A stretch of 40,066 nucleotides of DNA from a virus. The stretch lies in the UHGV virus genome UHGV-0132701. One strand, written 5' to 3'. The translations under genes were made by a program, and so were the position numbers. Below the pieces are notes generated by a model, which saw only the letters and a list, made by a program, of their open reading frames with translations, searched no databases and was not told where the DNA came from. Below, piece after piece: positions 17,478 through 28,178 of the stretch (positions within the stretch are counted from its first letter, which is position 1; the number at the start of each line of letters is the position of its first letter).

Positions 17478-19643
17478 TTATTGAGGTGTCTCGGCTACTC
17501 CGCCGGAGGGGATTTGAACTTGACGCATAAGATTCGCGAAATCCATGCGTTGTGAATGAGTCTGGTCTGCATCTTTAAGAAGCAGCTCAGCGTTAGCGCG
17601 AGCATCTTTGCTGCGCTGTTGCTGGAATTGACCTACGAGCTTGAGGTACTCACGCAGTTCTGCCTGCTTGTCGAGGTCCATATTGTTGAAGATTTCTGCA
17701 ATCTTCGCGGCGTTGAGTTGGTTTTGAGCTTCAACCTTGGCAGCTTCAACCTGAATCTGCGCCTGTTGGTTCTCTGCCTTGAGCAATTCAGCCTGACCTT
17801 GCAGAAGGATACCCTGCGCCTGAATTTGCTCTGCTGATGGCTGCTGCGGCTGTTGTTGTGCCTGCTGCACCATCTCCATCTCTTCAGGTGTTTCTGGTTT
17901 CTTCAGCCCCATCATCACCAGTTGCTTGTTCGCGTACTCTCGCATCATCTCGACGCCTTTACCGTCAAGCAGCGTGAAGTATTGCAGCATCAGCATCTGG
18001 AACTCTGGAGTACCTTGCGGAACCTTGGTGAGTAACTCCTGAATCTCTGCGCGGTTCTGTTCCTTCATGCTCTGGAAGGATGGCCCAACGTCCGTATAGC
18101 ACTCATAGCGACCACGAATGTCGTTGAGTGTGACCACATTGCCGGACTGGTAATCGACAACTTGCGCATAGAGTTGAACGTCTTTCTCGCTTCCATCTTC
18201 AAGTGTCAGCGTTACATGACGAGGAACGTCATAAATATCGTTGACCATTGAGGCATAAATCTCGCCATCACGTCTCATTGCGGTAGCCAGGTTATCCTGA
18301 AACACGTATGTCTCAAGGTCTGCCCGCATGTTCAGTTGATTGACGGTATCGAAAGCGACCTGACCATTTGCCGCCTGCGCATCCACGCCAAGACTAGCCA
18401 CCTCTTTCACTGCGTTGGTGGCAGCCTCAAGCATGTAAGCGTTGGCTTGCGGCACTTCAGGGTTTTCCATGTAGGAGATTGGACCAATCGGCAGGTCGTT
18501 ACCGTTTTCATCGGTCCTGTTCTGCAGATAGTACGGATAGTCATCATTTCCACCGTACATGTATTCGTAGCCTTCGATTTGCTCAGGGAAGAAGGTCGGT
18601 TTCTTCTTCGGTGAACGAGCAACAATATCGGCGTTGAACGACATGATCATGTTACGAAGGCGTTGACCGTCTTTCGTCAGCCTTACCACTCCTTCGTAGC
18701 ACTCCTTGTCACCAGCGAATGACCATTCGCCATACACTGGAACGATTGGAATATGCTCTCCGGCTATCTTCTCGCGGTCTTTCAGTATCTGCGTGCAGGT
18801 GATGATCGACTTATACACACGCCGACGCTTCACCTTGCGCTCTGCTACCTTAATGAATCCACGATTAGCCAGGTCGTCGATGACGTCTTTGATATCCTGC
18901 TGGTAATAGCTGACCGGCTCACCTGTCAGCGGGTCGCGGTAGATGAAGACTTTCTCTTTCTTCTCTTCGACCTCGTAATACTCAGCGACGTAGACGACAT
19001 CATTCGATACCCACGGAAACAGCCATGTATCGTTCGGATTCTGGAAAGATGGCAAGGTGTCAGGATCAATACCGTAATCCTCTGCGAACTCTTTCCAGCC
19101 ATTGCGTGACAAAGCGTTAATCACCGTGCAGTGCTTAGCGTCGCTCTTATCCATCTGCTTGCTGTTGGCGTCCCATATGACGTGTGAGCAGGCTTCATGG
19201 ATTGGCAGGCGTCGGATTACCTGATTGTTGCTTGTTGGGTCGTTGTCTTCGTACTGGGTGACCAGACGCCATGCACCAACGCCGGACTCTATCTGCTCAC
19301 GAACGCCAACGTTAACGGCAATTTTTGCCGTGTTATGGCGCATATCAGTACGATACATCCCCATCAGCACATCGGCAGCATCAGGATTAGCGCCGTCTTT
19401 GGGTCGGAAGAGAACGTCGATAGGGTTCCGGCGCATCTCTGCGACCAGTTTCCTGACCACCGGGCGGACAACATCGAATTGTCCGCGATATTGCAGGGTG
19501 GTGTAGTTTGATAGCCAGTCATCCCATTGCGACACTCGGCTAAAATACAGGTCATTTGTCGCCTCGGTTCTGGCTTCATCGCTCGCCATCCAGTCTGCGT
19601 CAAACTTACACAGAATGGAATTGAGTCTGTTTTCGTCGGCCAT
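17478..19643 (-). CDS. Portal protein, P22 gp1-like
   Basis: 721 aa; N-terminus [18 protein letters not shown]...[10 protein letters not shown] and C-terminal Gln-rich barrel segment closely match the P22 portal. Confidence 0.95.
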   Translation of the reverse strand: MADENRLNSILCKFDADWMASDEARTEATNDLYFSRVSQWDDWLSNYTTLQYRGQFDVVRPVVRKLVAEMRRNPIDVLFRPKDGANPDAADVLMGMYRTDMRHNTAKIAVNVGVREQIESGVGAWRLVTQYEDNDPTSNNQVIRRLPIHEACSHVIWDANSKQMDKSDAKHCTVINALSRNGWKEFAEDYGIDPDTLPSFQNPNDTWLFPWVSNDVVYVAEYYEVEEKKEKVFIYRDPLTGEPVSYYQQDIKDVIDDLANRGFIKVAERKVKRRRVYKSIITCTQILKDREKIAGEHIPIVPVYGEWSFAGDKECYEGVVRLTKDGQRLRNMIMSFNADIVARSPKKKPTFFPEQIEGYEYMYGGNDDYPYYLQNRTDENGNDLPIGPISYMENPEVPQANAYMLEAATNAVKEVASLGVDAQAANGQVAFDTVNQLNMRADLETYVFQDNLATAMRRDGEIYASMVNDIYDVPRHVTLTLEDGSEKDVQLYAQVVDYQSGNVVTLNDIRGRYECYTDVGPSFQSMKEQNRAEIQELLTKVPQGTPEFQMLMLQYFTLLDGKGVEMMREYANKQLVMMGLKKPETPEEMEMVQQAQQQPQQPSAEQIQAQGILLQGQAELLKAENQQAQIQVEAAKVEAQNQLNAAKIAEIFNNMDLDKQAELREYLKLVGQFQQQRSKDARANAELLLKDADQTHSQRMDFANLMRQVQIPSGGVAETPQ

Positions 19644-21143
19644 TTAAGTTCTCCGTGCGATGGGCCTGATTGGGGCTGGTATCTTTTTCTCTTTTGGTTT
19701 TTTGATGTCGCGCATCATTTTGGCGAAGCGGCGCATCATGTATGCATAGCGAACAGCTGAGAGAACGTCGTCGTTAAGCTTGACGATCTTCCCGTTTTCA
19801 TCACGGTGATAGAGGCGGAACTCCTCAAAGAATGGCTCACAGGTGTTGAATACTTTGAAGCGACCATCGAGCATCATGTCGCGCAATTCAGTGATGCCAG
19901 GCTCCACAGCATTACCGCCATCAGGCCATGTCGCATGCTCCTGCAACATCATAAAACCAGCGTCGGCATACTGCCCTTTGAGCTGCTCACCGCCGCCCTT
20001 CTCATGCTGGTTTCCGTCATGAGGCCATGCGGTTGGCACTTTATGCGCCCATGATTTAACGGCTCCCCATGCCTGAACGGCTGTTTTTTCTTTCGCCTTC
20101 CACACGCGTGAAACGTAGATTGTGTCTGCGTCCTTATCCCACCAAAGCTGAACCTGCGCCTGTGGGTGATCCCATCCGAAATCCATCCCGCCAATTACGT
20201 AGAAGTGATCAGGGCACTCGAACGGCTGACACTTAATCGTCTCTTCCGGTATCTGGAAGATTCGCCCGCTACCCATCGTAGGAATACCGCGAGCACGCGC
20301 CTCTCTCTCATGCTCAGGATAGGATGCGATGATTTGCTCTTTCTGCTCGTCGGTGTAGTGCTCAGCGTCATAGATGGTCATGTTGACCACTTTCTGCGAC
20401 TTGCTGGGATTCTTCAGGAACTTGGTAACAACGTCAGACATCCCCATCAGAGGGGTAAACGTCAGAATTGAGAATTGCCCGTATTTGTTGGTACGGGTAA
20501 GACCTTCGCCATAAATGCTGTATGGTGGCTCTTCGTCAAACCACACGCCGTGGATTGTGTCACCCTGCCAGCGAGCACGGCCTTGCGAGTATGGTTTGAA
20601 GTAGCAGATTGAAATGCCATCTTCAACGCCATCAGCCGTGTGATGCTTAACCAGAAGATGATCAACAAGGTTCGGAAAGAAAGGAGACTTCTTCCAGCTA
20701 ATGATGTCTTCTTTCGGTATGGAACCGTAGCCAGGCTCATCATTCTCTTCGATACGACCGCACAGGATGCGTTGAGTCGTTTTGGTTACAGTCTCGTTTG
20801 TCTCGCCACCAATCCAGAAAACAACAGGCTCATAGAAACGCTTACCTTTCCACTCACCGCCATATTTACCATCAGCAGGATAGCCTTTTGTGCCCGGATA
20901 ACGCCCGGTAAGGTGAAACGCGACTTCAGCAGCACCAGTAAATGACTTACCAAGCTGGTTACCAGCCATAAAACAGCGCTCTGGATAGTCATGCCCGGCG
21001 TCGATGAACTCACGCTGTTTGCTGTATGGCGTAAATTCATATAGCAGGTGTGTGTTCCGGTAGCTCTCTTCTTCTTCGAGTAGCTCGAGCAATTCGATTT
21101 GCTCTTCGTCGCTCAGGTTATCAAGAATCGCGTCCAGTTCCAC
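19644..21143 (-). CDS. Terminase large subunit, P22 gp2-like
   Basis: 499 aa, same as P22 gp2; directly upstream of portal, overlapping the small subunit gene. Confidence 0.9.
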   Translation of the reverse strand: MELDAILDNLSDEEQIELLELLEEEESYRNTHLLYEFTPYSKQREFIDAGHDYPERCFMAGNQLGKSFTGAAEVAFHLTGRYPGTKGYPADGKYGGEWKGKRFYEPVVFWIGGETNETVTKTTQRILCGRIEENDEPGYGSIPKEDIISWKKSPFFPNLVDHLLVKHHTADGVEDGISICYFKPYSQGRARWQGDTIHGVWFDEEPPYSIYGEGLTRTNKYGQFSILTFTPLMGMSDVVTKFLKNPSKSQKVVNMTIYDAEHYTDEQKEQIIASYPEHEREARARGIPTMGSGRIFQIPEETIKCQPFECPDHFYVIGGMDFGWDHPQAQVQLWWDKDADTIYVSRVWKAKEKTAVQAWGAVKSWAHKVPTAWPHDGNQHEKGGGEQLKGQYADAGFMMLQEHATWPDGGNAVEPGITELRDMMLDGRFKVFNTCEPFFEEFRLYHRDENGKIVKLNDDVLSAVRYAYMMRRFAKMMRDIKKPKEKKIPAPIRPIARRT

Positions 21144-21609
21144 GGTTGAATAGCTCCTTGATACGAGAGCGTCGCTTATCGCGATCTCCCTTATCAGGTG
21201 TCACGTCTTCAACTTGCGACTGCTCTTTGAGGCCCAAATCACGGGCGATGATATTAGCGTTGAGAAGGTCAGCGGCTGCGCCAGAGAATTTCTGGTCGTA
21301 GATGATGTCTTCCGCTCGTGATGTGACGTCAGAAAAACCTTCCATTGACCGGAAGGTTCCCCACGTTTGCCTGGTGATATCAAGGAAGGTACACAATCCT
21401 GAAATAGTCATGGCTCGCATCTTAGGGACATTAGCCTTAATTATTTCTCCCTGATATGAAAATACCTTACCCTCCCATAGTGGGTTATCATCAGCCCACT
21501 CGAAGTATTCACAACAAGCAGCCCACAGCGCCTCAGGCGATTCGAATTTAGGATTTCGCCCATGACTACTGCGGGCCTCCCAAAATCGGTTGCCCTTTGG
21601 TGCTGCCAT
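21121..21609 (-). CDS. Terminase small subunit, P22 gp3-like
   Basis: 162 aa, same as P22 gp3; first gene of the packaging module. Confidence 0.85.
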   Translation of the reverse strand: MAAPKGNRFWEARSSHGRNPKFESPEALWAACCEYFEWADDNPLWEGKVFSYQGEIIKANVPKMRAMTISGLCTFLDITRQTWGTFRSMEGFSDVTSRAEDIIYDQKFSGAAADLLNANIIARDLGLKEQSQVEDVTPDKGDRDKRRSRIKELFNRGTGRDS

Positions 21610-21703
21610 ATTGATTATTTCCCTTCTGCTTGCTTATCCCATTCATCGCGGAATTTGGATGGGTTGTCGAAGCCCTGAGAGCCTGAACAAACTTTGATTA
21701 CCA

Positions 21704-21898
21704 TTACTTAGCTCCTTTCTGCTTGCCTGTGTTTGATGTCGTTTCAGCAGCAGCCACAGAGCAATTAACGCTACCCGCAACACCATATCCATAACCAGTC
21801 TTGAAGAAATTGTTGCCAGTAAATTGGTTAACAATCTTCCCGCAGCACGGGCAGCGTTGGCATTGGCAATAAGGGGATTGATTATTCCAGTGATACAT
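21704..21898 (-). CDS. Small Cys-rich protein (about 64 aa), possible zinc-binding
   Basis: Start MYHWNN with RBS aggaga; motif YCQCQRCPCCGK. Confidence 0.35.
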   Translation of the reverse strand: MYHWNNQSPYCQCQRCPCCGKIVNQFTGNNFFKTGYGYGVAGSVNCSVAAAETTSNTGKQKGAK

Positions 21899-22271
21899 CT
21901 TGTTTCTCCTGAATGAATGGCAGGAAGTGATTAACCATCCTGTCCAGCATGTAACAGTACGTCTCGTTGGCATCTTCAGGCCTTGTCGTCACGCCGACAT
22001 CAGAGCAAACGTAAAAGCAGACGTGGGCGCACTCATGAACGAGCGTAGCGATCTGCTGATCGAATACTCCAATCAGATAGCATCGCTCACCCGTATCAGT
22101 GTTTTCATAGTTGCTTGCAAGCCCAAGATTGAATGGCTTCTCATCCCCGCTGCCGCCAAGGAATTTATCAGCGTGCTGAAACTGTTCTCTGGTTGTTGCG
22201 AGGTAGACGTGTGCACTTTGAAACAGCGGAATGGTGAACGCCGGGAGTTTGTGCCATTTGGCCTTAGCCAT
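21882..22271 (-). CDS. Hypothetical protein with HExxH motif (possible minimal zinc metallopeptidase)
   Basis: 129-aa ORF, RBS GGAGTG; HECAHV motif; located between lysis cassette and terminase genes. Confidence 0.45.
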   Translation of the reverse strand: MAKAKWHKLPAFTIPLFQSAHVYLATTREQFQHADKFLGGSGDEKPFNLGLASNYENTDTGERCYLIGVFDQQIATLVHECAHVCFYVCSDVGVTTRPEDANETYCYMLDRMVNHFLPFIQEKQDVSLE

Positions 22272-22272
22272 A

Positions 22273-22515
22273 TCACACTCCAGCGGTGAACAGGTCTAAC
22301 GCTTCCTTCGATTTACGCACCGCTTCGATAGTACGGGTCGTGATATCTGAATTAGCGCCGCCTGACTGGAAGTGAATTTTGAATAGCTCAAGCTTCAGCT
22401 CGTCAGTGCCGATGAACTGAAATGCTTCTTCTACGGCTGCGTTCTGGTTCATGACCAGTTTGTAAATCTCTAACTGGAATTTCTGTTCTTCAGTCATGGG
22501 AATAATCTCTGCCAT
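22273..22515 (-). CDS. Hypothetical protein (80 aa)
   Basis: ORF with RBS GGAG, tightly coupled (2-nt gap) to the downstream HExxH gene. Confidence 0.45.
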   Translation of the reverse strand: MAEIIPMTEEQKFQLEIYKLVMNQNAAVEEAFQFIGTDELKLELFKIHFQSGGANSDITTRTIEAVRKSKEALDLFTAGV

Positions 22516-22809
22516 TGTTGGCTCCGTTTATCCGTTAAAAGGGATATCAGTTAAGTTATCCCGTGTAGGGTATAAGCCATTGTCGAGACCACTCATTGAA
22601 TGGTCTCTGCAATAACCGATGTCTTTCCATCAGTCCGCCACCACAAAGAATCTTTTTTGCCATCAGGCAGGAGGTTCATCTTTCAGTGGCTGCCAGTGTT
22701 ATTTCCCCACTTACTGGCTTGGGTTGTTTCGCGGTACTGCCGTAACTGGTTACCCAGAATAAATTCCGGTTTCATTATCAAGCCCACCCGTAGATAGGCT
22801 TTGTAATGA

Positions 22810-23085
22810 CTACAGTAACGGACTGCACAATGCGCCTGTATTTCGAGGATGACGTCCAAATACGTTAATCTTCTCGCGAACGCTCTCACTACACATTCGC
22901 TCTACAATTCGCCAAACAGCCTTTTCAGGTAAAAATTTCGGCGCTAGTGCTGAAATAGCACGCCACAGACCCCGACTAAGCGAGAACGCTATGCTACCGA
23001 AACTAAAGACGGCGAACGAAATAGACGTGATAAACGCCCAGCAACCAGAGAGAAAAGTTGAGATGCGGTGATAAAGCTTAGTCAT
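22810..23085 (-). CDS. Small membrane protein (about 91 aa) directly downstream of Rz
   Basis: Start MTKLYHRI with RBS caggag; hydrophobic segments WAFITSISFAVFSFGSIAF; occupies the position where lambda carries bor but is on the late-operon strand. Confidence 0.4.
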   Translation of the reverse strand: MTKLYHRISTFLSGCWAFITSISFAVFSFGSIAFSLSRGLWRAISALAPKFLPEKAVWRIVERMCSESVREKINVFGRHPRNTGALCSPLL

Positions 23086-23122
23086 GTATTGCTCCTGTTT
23101 TTTTTTGTTTTTCATCGCCCGA

Positions 23123-23560
23123 TTATTTCAGGCATTGCGTCCTGATGTACTCCTGCAGGTAGTTAACCTGCGCGGTTATCCTGTCGATTCCACTTCGGAG
23201 ACGGTAATAATTGAGTTCAGCATCTGCTGTAAGTCTTGGGCTTTCTCCATCGCCCATGCTGCTGGCTCCGGTCGTTGACTTTGCACAGGTGGCGGCGACT
23301 TGCAGGCGCTTACGACCAGCAGAAACATCAGCACGGAGACTTTCGATAGTCGCGTTAGCATCAGCAAGCTCCTTTGTGTATCTGGCGTCGAGTTCTGCTA
23401 CATCACGTTGACGCTTCCGCATGTCAGCGACTGTGGATGCGGCCTTATCGCGCTGCTCTTTGTAGGTCATGGCGTTATCCCGGTAATGATTAACAGCCCA
23501 TGACAAGCAGACGATGATGCAGATAACCAGAGCGGAGATAATCGCGGTTACTCTGCTCAT
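23123..23560 (-). CDS. Rz: Spanin inner-membrane subunit Rz
   Basis: 145 aa; N-terminal TM anchor ([18 protein letters not shown]) followed by coiled coil; 4-nt overlap with the endolysin gene. Confidence 0.85.
   Translation of the reverse strand: MSRVTAIISALVICIIVCLSWAVNHYRDNAMTYKEQRDKAASTVADMRKRQRDVAELDARYTKELADANATIESLRADVSAGRKRLQVAATCAKSTTGASSMGDGESPRLTADAELNYYRLRSGIDRITAQVNYLQEYIRTQCLK
23176..23367 (-). CDS. Rz1: Spanin outer-membrane lipoprotein Rz1, embedded in the +1 frame of Rz
   Basis: Embedded ORF with signal peptide and lipobox-like LVVSAC followed by a Pro-rich segment. Confidence 0.75.
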   Translation of the reverse strand: MLMLTRLSKVSVLMFLLVVSACKSPPPVQSQRPEPAAWAMEKAQDLQQMLNSIITVSEVESTG

Positions 23561-24033
23561 ACCTCAATCTCTCTGACCGTTCCGCCAGCTTCTTTGAATT
23601 TTGCAATCAGGCTGTCAGCCTTATGCTCGAACTGACCATAACCAGCGCCCGGCAGTGAAGCCCAGATATTGCTGCAACGGTCGATAGCCTGACGAATATC
23701 ACCGCGATCAATCATCGGCAAAGCGCCACGTTCCTTAATCTGCTGCAATGCCACAGCGTCCTGGCTTTTCGGAGAGAAATCTTTCAGGCCAAGTTGCTTG
23801 CGGTAGGCATCCCACCAACGTGAAAGAAGCTGGTAACGTCCGGCGGCTGTTGATTTGAGCTTTGGGTTTAGCGTGACAAGTTTGCGAGGGTGATCGGAGT
23901 AATCAGTGAATAGCTCTCCGCCAACAATGACGTCATAACCATGATTTCTGGTTTTCTGACGTCCGTTATCAGTCCCCTCTGACCACGCCAGCATATCGAG
24001 GAACGCCTTACGTTGATTATTGATTTCCACCAT
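23557..24033 (-). CDS. R: Endolysin, lambda R-type lytic transglycosylase
   Basis: 158 aa; [49 protein letters not shown]... is essentially lambda R as recalled. Confidence 0.95.
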   Translation of the reverse strand: MVEINNQRKAFLDMLAWSEGTDNGRQKTRNHGYDVIVGGELFTDYSDHPRKLVTLNPKLKSTAAGRYQLLSRWWDAYRKQLGLKDFSPKSQDAVALQQIKERGALPMIDRGDIRQAIDRCSNIWASLPGAGYGQFEHKADSLIAKFKEAGGTVREIEV

Positions 24034-24340
24034 CTTCTACTCCGGCTTTTTTAGCAGCGAAGCGTTTGATAAGCGAACCAATCGAGTCAGTGCCGATGTA
24101 GCCGATAAACACGCTCGTTATATAAGCGAGATTGCTACTTAGTCCGGCGAAGTCGAGAAGGTCACGAATGAACCAGGCGATAATGGCGCACATCGTTGCG
24201 TCGATTACTGTTTTTGTAAACGCACCGCCATTATATCTGCCGCGAAGGTACGCCATTGCAAACGCAAGGATTGCCCCGATGCCTTGTTCCTTTGCCGCGA
24301 GAATGGCGGCTAACAGGTCATGTTTTTCTGGCATCTTCAT
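24017..24340 (-). CDS. S: Holin/antiholin, lambda S-type
   Basis: 107 aa; [39 protein letters not shown]... matches lambda S including the dual-start MKM motif. Confidence 0.95.
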   Translation of the reverse strand: MKMPEKHDLLAAILAAKEQGIGAILAFAMAYLRGRYNGGAFTKTVIDATMCAIIAWFIRDLLDFAGLSSNLAYITSVFIGYIGTDSIGSLIKRFAAKKAGVEDGGNQ

Positions 24341-24936
24341 GTCTTACCCCCAATAAGGGGATTTGCTCTATTTAATTAGGAATAAGGTCGATTACTGATA
24401 GAACAAATCCAGGCTACTGTGTTTAGTAATCAGATTTGTTCGTGACCGATATGCACGGGCAAAACGGCATGAGGTTGTTAGCGCAACCTCTTGCCACCCA
24501 CTTTCACGAAGGTCATGTGTAGAAGGCCGCAGCATAACTATCACTGATGAATTCAGGATAGTCAGTGGCTACGGCTCAGTTTGGGTTGTGCTGTTGCTGG
24601 GCGGCGATGACGCCTGTACGCATTTGGTGATCCGGTTCTGCTTCCGGTATTCGCTTAATTCAGCACAACGGAAAGAGCACTGTATGTTGCCGGGCCAGAT
24701 GTCGGCTGCACAGGGAGTCATTGCCGACCCACGCCCTAAACACACTCGTAAATGCGCTTAGGGTTGTCTCCCCTGGTATCCAGTTATTCCCCGGCTGGGG
24801 ATACTCCGCGCGACGCTAATGCGTTTCGTCCCTCATGGACTCGTCAGGCGCGCAATGCTCTTACCTGTTGTGCAAACAAAAAAAGCCACCGTTGCAACTT
24901 AAGAGTCACTAACGGCAGCTTACCTTCTAATTATGG
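24341..24936 (-). promoter_or_regulatory. Late regulatory region between Q-like gene and S: expected late promoter, Q-utilisation site and leader (elements not individually resolved)
   Basis: About 600 bp non-coding interval in the position of lambda pR'/qut/tR'; contains several hairpins (e.g. GGCAA...GAGGTTG...CAACCTC...TTGCC around 24440-24480) but no clean terminator or tRNA-like fold identified by eye. Confidence 0.4.
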
Positions 24937-25455
24937 CTAAATGGCTAATTGCATGTCAAGGCTTTTAACAGCAACATGCTTAACTTTCTCAACACGTTTA
25001 CGCATTTTGAAAGCATTTTGCATTGGTTGGTACAAAACAAATAACGACGCTTTCAGGATGTCGTCAATTTCATTTCTACAGGTTGCCAGTGAAGGTTTTC
25101 TCCATCCCTCACCACCACGCCCACACATCTTGCGTGGCTTTGCAGTCGCGTGATAGTAGGATGCAATTGCTCGCTTAGATGAACCATGAGAGTAGTAGCT
25201 GAGGAGGATGCCAAAGGCTTTCTTGTCAATGTACATGACGGAATCGACGACCTGAGAAATCAACATTCCATCATCATCATTACACATTGGCCTTGTCATA
25301 ACTCTTCCCGGCTCTACGCTCTCCATGAACTTCGCTATTACGCTGCTCATGCGCTTTTCCAGGCGACCTGAGTAAACCCATGCACCCCACAGTTCAAGCC
25401 AGCCATTCAGCCAATCGTGCTGTTCTTTGGTGAGGTTTAGTTCTCTTATGCTCAT
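24937..25455 (-). CDS. Late-gene antiterminator, Q family (non-lambda type)
   Basis: 172 aa immediately upstream of the late region; motifs WLELWGAW and CNDDDGMLI resemble those I recall in DLP12 QuuD / phage 82-type Q proteins; positional support strong, sequence recall moderate. Confidence 0.7.
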   Translation of the reverse strand: MSIRELNLTKEQHDWLNGWLELWGAWVYSGRLEKRMSSVIAKFMESVEPGRVMTRPMCNDDDGMLISQVVDSVMYIDKKAFGILLSYYSHGSSKRAIASYYHATAKPRKMCGRGGEGWRKPSLATCRNEIDDILKASLFVLYQPMQNAFKMRKRVEKVKHVAVKSLDMQLAI

Positions 25456-25640
25456 CGTCTTCCCCTTTTGTCCTGTTTGACCATCAGGACGCCGTTAACT
25501 ATTACGTGACGCTCGCCTTTGCTGTCTCGGTTGTACTTGAGCACTGTTCCTCTTGCGCAGGAAAGCATCCTTGCCACTTCGGTCTGATTGCCTCGTGTGT
25601 GGATAAGAAGCTCTGGTATCGTTTGAATTGTGGCGTTCAT
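25452..25640 (-). CDS. Small HTH DNA-binding protein (62 aa)
   Basis: Helix-turn-helix-like segment NQTEVARMLSCARGTVLKY; 4-nt overlaps with rusA and Q genes. Confidence 0.5.
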   Translation of the reverse strand: MNATIQTIPELLIHTRGNQTEVARMLSCARGTVLKYNRDSKGERHVIVNGVLMVKQDKRGRR

Positions 25641-25999
25641 ACGTTCTCCAGTTCGGTGATTTTTATTCCAAGCCTTCCGCCTGGTACTTTCACACCACGA
25701 ATTACGCGAATGTCATCGAATTGCTCGTCGTCTTCCGCAAATCCGGCGTGGATAAGGGAGTCGAGTAAACCTTTCAGGATGTTGTCGAGGTCGCGGCGGC
25801 GGGAGTCTGGAACGTCTGCGATGACTTTGATACGGAGTCGTGATTTGGTGAAAATGTCTAACTTGAGTTGGCGAATGATTTGCTGAACGTCTTTTCGGTA
25901 TTTCTGGCCTTTATCGCTGATGTAGTATTGGCTTCCCCGTCTTCTCCAGTAGGTATTCAGCGACGGCGGGTATGGAAGCACAAACTGATATTCGTTCAT
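25637..25999 (-). CDS. rusA: Holliday-junction resolvase RusA
   Basis: 120 aa; MNEYQFVLPYPPSLNTYW... with catalytic Asp-rich RRRDLDN region characteristic of RusA. Confidence 0.9.
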   Translation of the reverse strand: MNEYQFVLPYPPSLNTYWRRRGSQYYISDKGQKYRKDVQQIIRQLKLDIFTKSRLRIKVIADVPDSRRRDLDNILKGLLDSLIHAGFAEDDEQFDDIRVIRGVKVPGGRLGIKITELENV

Positions 26000-26286
26000 G
26001 GTTTAATCTTCCCCTCCTTCAGCAGTATCGCCTGCGTCCTGATCACGCCTTCGAGGTGGTAAAGTCTGGCGTCTTTGTTGTCGAGGTTATGGGTGCGTCG
26101 GTCGATCTCCGCGTGGCAGTCGCTACAAGCCCATGCGCCGATCAGGTCGTCAGGTTTCATTCCCGTTCCGCAAATTCCAGCCATCCGGTAATGTGCCAGA
26201 ACTGTAGTTTCAGGATTGCCATTGCATACGCCGTAAATACGTACCTGACATTCTCTGCCGCGTGCTTCTTTGCGTAGATTGGCCAT
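25996..26286 (-). CDS. YbcO-like nin-region protein (DUF1364-type, Cys/His-rich, probable zinc-dependent nuclease)
   Basis: 96 aa, Cys-rich (CQVRIYGVCNG...CSDCH); same size and position (just upstream of rusA) as DLP12 ybcO. Confidence 0.65.
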   Translation of the reverse strand: MANLRKEARGRECQVRIYGVCNGNPETTVLAHYRMAGICGTGMKPDDLIGAWACSDCHAEIDRRTHNLDNKDARLYHLEGVIRTQAILLKEGKIKP

Positions 26287-27008
26287 TAAGCAGCCTCCCC
26301 TGTTACTTTCAGCATTCCGTTATCGAGCAGCTTTCTGGTCAGCCACTGTTGACCACGCCCGGTGATTTTTGTGGTGAACGATATCTGTATTCCGTGATTT
26401 GTGTTGACCGCTGTTTCTTTCACTGTGAAATAGCCGCGCTCCATATATTCCTGCATTGGCACATTGCGCCGGGAACCTGAAGCAATAAGGATTTTGTGAT
26501 CGCGCATCCACGCAAACAGTTTGTTTGGACCAATACCAACAACCTTTGCAAAGTTTCCAATCAAAATTCCGCTGGCCTCGCCAACGCGATCGGCAAACTC
26601 AACTTTAGGTGCGGCAATTGCGAGCTGGTTTTCCAGTTGCATTTTCTGCTCAGCAAGATCAGCAGCAAGGCGCAACGCTTCTGGTAGCGTTTTGGGGATA
26701 TTAACCGCAGCTTCTTCAAGCTCTCGCCAACGGTCAACAAGACGAGCGGTGAATTCCGGCGACAACTGAGCGACGACAATAATGCTGTCTCGCTTACCTT
26801 GTTCGCCCTCAAAAACGTAAGCCTCTACGCCACGAAGTAATCCTAAGTTATTGATTTTTTCGAAAACCACCATTGGGGGATTTCGGATCACACCTCGAGC
26901 CGCCAGTCGTTCAATAGATTGTTTCACCTTGTCATGACGACTTCCCACCAACTCAGCGATTTCAATGCTTGTCATTTTGATGGCATTGCCATTTATTAAC
27001 TCATTCAT
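26286..27008 (-). CDS. Phage antirepressor-like protein with KilA-C type C-terminal domain
   Basis: 240 aa; C-terminal LFAWMRDHKILIASGSRRNVPMQEYMERGYFTVKE resembles the KilAC/AntA domain; N-terminal region resembles Rha/Bro-type regulators. Confidence 0.6.
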   Translation of the reverse strand: MNELINGNAIKMTSIEIAELVGSRHDKVKQSIERLAARGVIRNPPMVVFEKINNLGLLRGVEAYVFEGEQGKRDSIIVVAQLSPEFTARLVDRWRELEEAAVNIPKTLPEALRLAADLAEQKMQLENQLAIAAPKVEFADRVGEASGILIGNFAKVVGIGPNKLFAWMRDHKILIASGSRRNVPMQEYMERGYFTVKETAVNTNHGIQISFTTKITGRGQQWLTRKLLDNGMLKVTGEAA

Positions 27009-27177
27009 CGTCTTCTTCCTCGTACATTGAGCTATTCGGATCGCTCATCAGCTCTGCGCAGCAATCGGAGCACACGTGAACTTCCAGCACATGCAGCTTC
27101 TGACCGCAGTTAGCGCACGTTAAAGCCCGCTCGACGCTTTCTTTCTGGTATTGAAGGGATTGGGATGGGCTAAGCAT
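27001..27177 (-). CDS. ninF: NinF-like small Cys-rich protein (58 aa), not in the supplied ORF track
   Basis: Translation [58 protein letters not shown] read from the minus strand; matches lambda NinF as recalled; overlaps neighbours by 8 nt. Confidence 0.6.
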   Translation of the reverse strand: MLSPSQSLQYQKESVERALTCANCGQKLHVLEVHVCSDCCAELMSDPNSSMYEEEDDE

Positions 27178-27586
27178 TATTGGCGTCCTGCATCATGAGA
27201 AAGACAATCATGGCGGCGCGGAGTGGATTAGACTGATACTGAATTCCGAACTTTTGACAAGATGAAATCGCATCACACCACTCGTGATATTCGCCTTCAT
27301 ATCTCGTATCGGTACTATCAAACATTATGCTGATTTTGTTTTCAGTGATAATTGGCCACGCATATTCAGGATTATTGCAAGGATTGAAGCAATTTCCGTT
27401 TGAAGAACGGAAGCCATTAATATCCCTTTTTTGCGTCTGCCAAATAGGACCTCTTTCGTCAGTGGGGATCTCAGAATCGAAATCTGCTTCGTCATCAGGT
27501 ATGAAGAAATGCTCCTCCATATCTAAAGCCTCACATACTCGCTTGTTAATTTCAAAATCACTTAACTGTGAATAATCCATTGTCAT
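27170..27586 (-). CDS. Nin-region hypothetical protein (138 aa), possibly NinX/DUF2591-like
   Basis: ORF in the nin operon with coupled start/stop overlaps; family assignment from weak recall only. Confidence 0.5.
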   Translation of the reverse strand: MTMDYSQLSDFEINKRVCEALDMEEHFFIPDDEADFDSEIPTDERGPIWQTQKRDINGFRSSNGNCFNPCNNPEYAWPIITENKISIMFDSTDTRYEGEYHEWCDAISSCQKFGIQYQSNPLRAAMIVFLMMQDANNA

Positions 27587-27759
27587 TTCCTCGCACGTTC
27601 TCTAAGCCACCGGATATCCCACAGGTGAGCCGTGTAGTTGAAGGTTTTTACGTCAGATTCTTTTGGGATTGGCTTGCGTTTATTTCTGGAGCGTTTCGTT
27701 GGAAGGTATTTGCAGTTTTCGCAGATTATGTCGGTGAAACTTCGTCGCTGTCGTCTCAT
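27583..27759 (-). CDS. ninE: NinE-like small basic protein (58 aa), not in the supplied ORF track
   Basis: Translation [58 protein letters not shown]; RBS aggagg; ATGA overlap with ninB stop; matches lambda/DLP12 NinE as recalled. Confidence 0.65.
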   Translation of the reverse strand: MRRQRRSFTDIICENCKYLPTKRSRNKRKPIPKESDVKTFNYTAHLWDIRWLRERARK

Positions 27760-28178
27760 TCGTACCTCCTGTCGGTAAATCTGACACCCTGACCAATAGC
27801 CCAGGCTGTTGTGTACTCGATCAGACTTGCCATACGCTTCACGCTCATCTGCGCGCTGCTTTCGCGAATGTTGACGTATTCGCCTTCAAGGCCGCGCAAA
27901 ACATCAGCTTCCTGTTTTGTTGCCACTGCATGACCGCTGATCAACAAAACCTTCCATTGTTCCGGTTTTAACCATTTTCCGCACCATTGAACCTGACGTG
28001 CGATATCCGCCAGCATCGCGTGAAATTTTGCGTTCTGGTCAAGGTTGCGCTTGTAGTCAGTAATGCGGATGGTAACTGGCTTGTCTTTATCGAGTGGTGT
28101 TGCGAGGATGGCGGTGATTGCGGCTTGCTGTTGTTGCTTACTCCTGAGGAAAATTGTCTGTTTCATGGAATTCCTCAA
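27756..28178 (-). CDS. ninB: NinB (Orf-family recombination mediator)
   Basis: 140 aa; pattern ...[43 protein letters not shown]... parallels lambda NinB (...TIQERNRSLDQNRKLWACLGDVSRQVEWHGRWLDAESWKCV...). Confidence 0.85.
   Translation of the reverse strand: MRNSMKQTIFLRSKQQQQAAITAILATPLDKDKPVTIRITDYKRNLDQNAKFHAMLADIARQVQWCGKWLKPEQWKVLLISGHAVATKQEADVLRGLEGEYVNIRESSAQMSVKRMASLIEYTTAWAIGQGVRFTDRRYE

Noticed and set aside
7750-21383. Numerous 60-130 aa plus-strand and alternative-frame ORFs inside the ejection-protein, gp10, coat, scaffold, portal and terminase genes
   Set aside because: Each overlaps a structural gene with strong homology support and has no RBS or conserved motif; typical antisense artefacts of longer coding regions.
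22600-22889. ORFs 22600..22797 (+) and 22683..22889 (-) in the ORF-poor stretch downstream of Rz, considered as a possible bor-like lipoprotein
   Set aside because: Neither has a signal peptide/lipobox or RBS, and they overlap each other and the better-supported membrane ORF; probably non-coding.
24341-24936. tRNA genes between Q and the holin (as in Stx-type phages)
   Set aside because: No T-arm (GTTCRANYC) or cloverleaf-compatible segment seen by eye; cannot fully exclude without a tRNA scanner.
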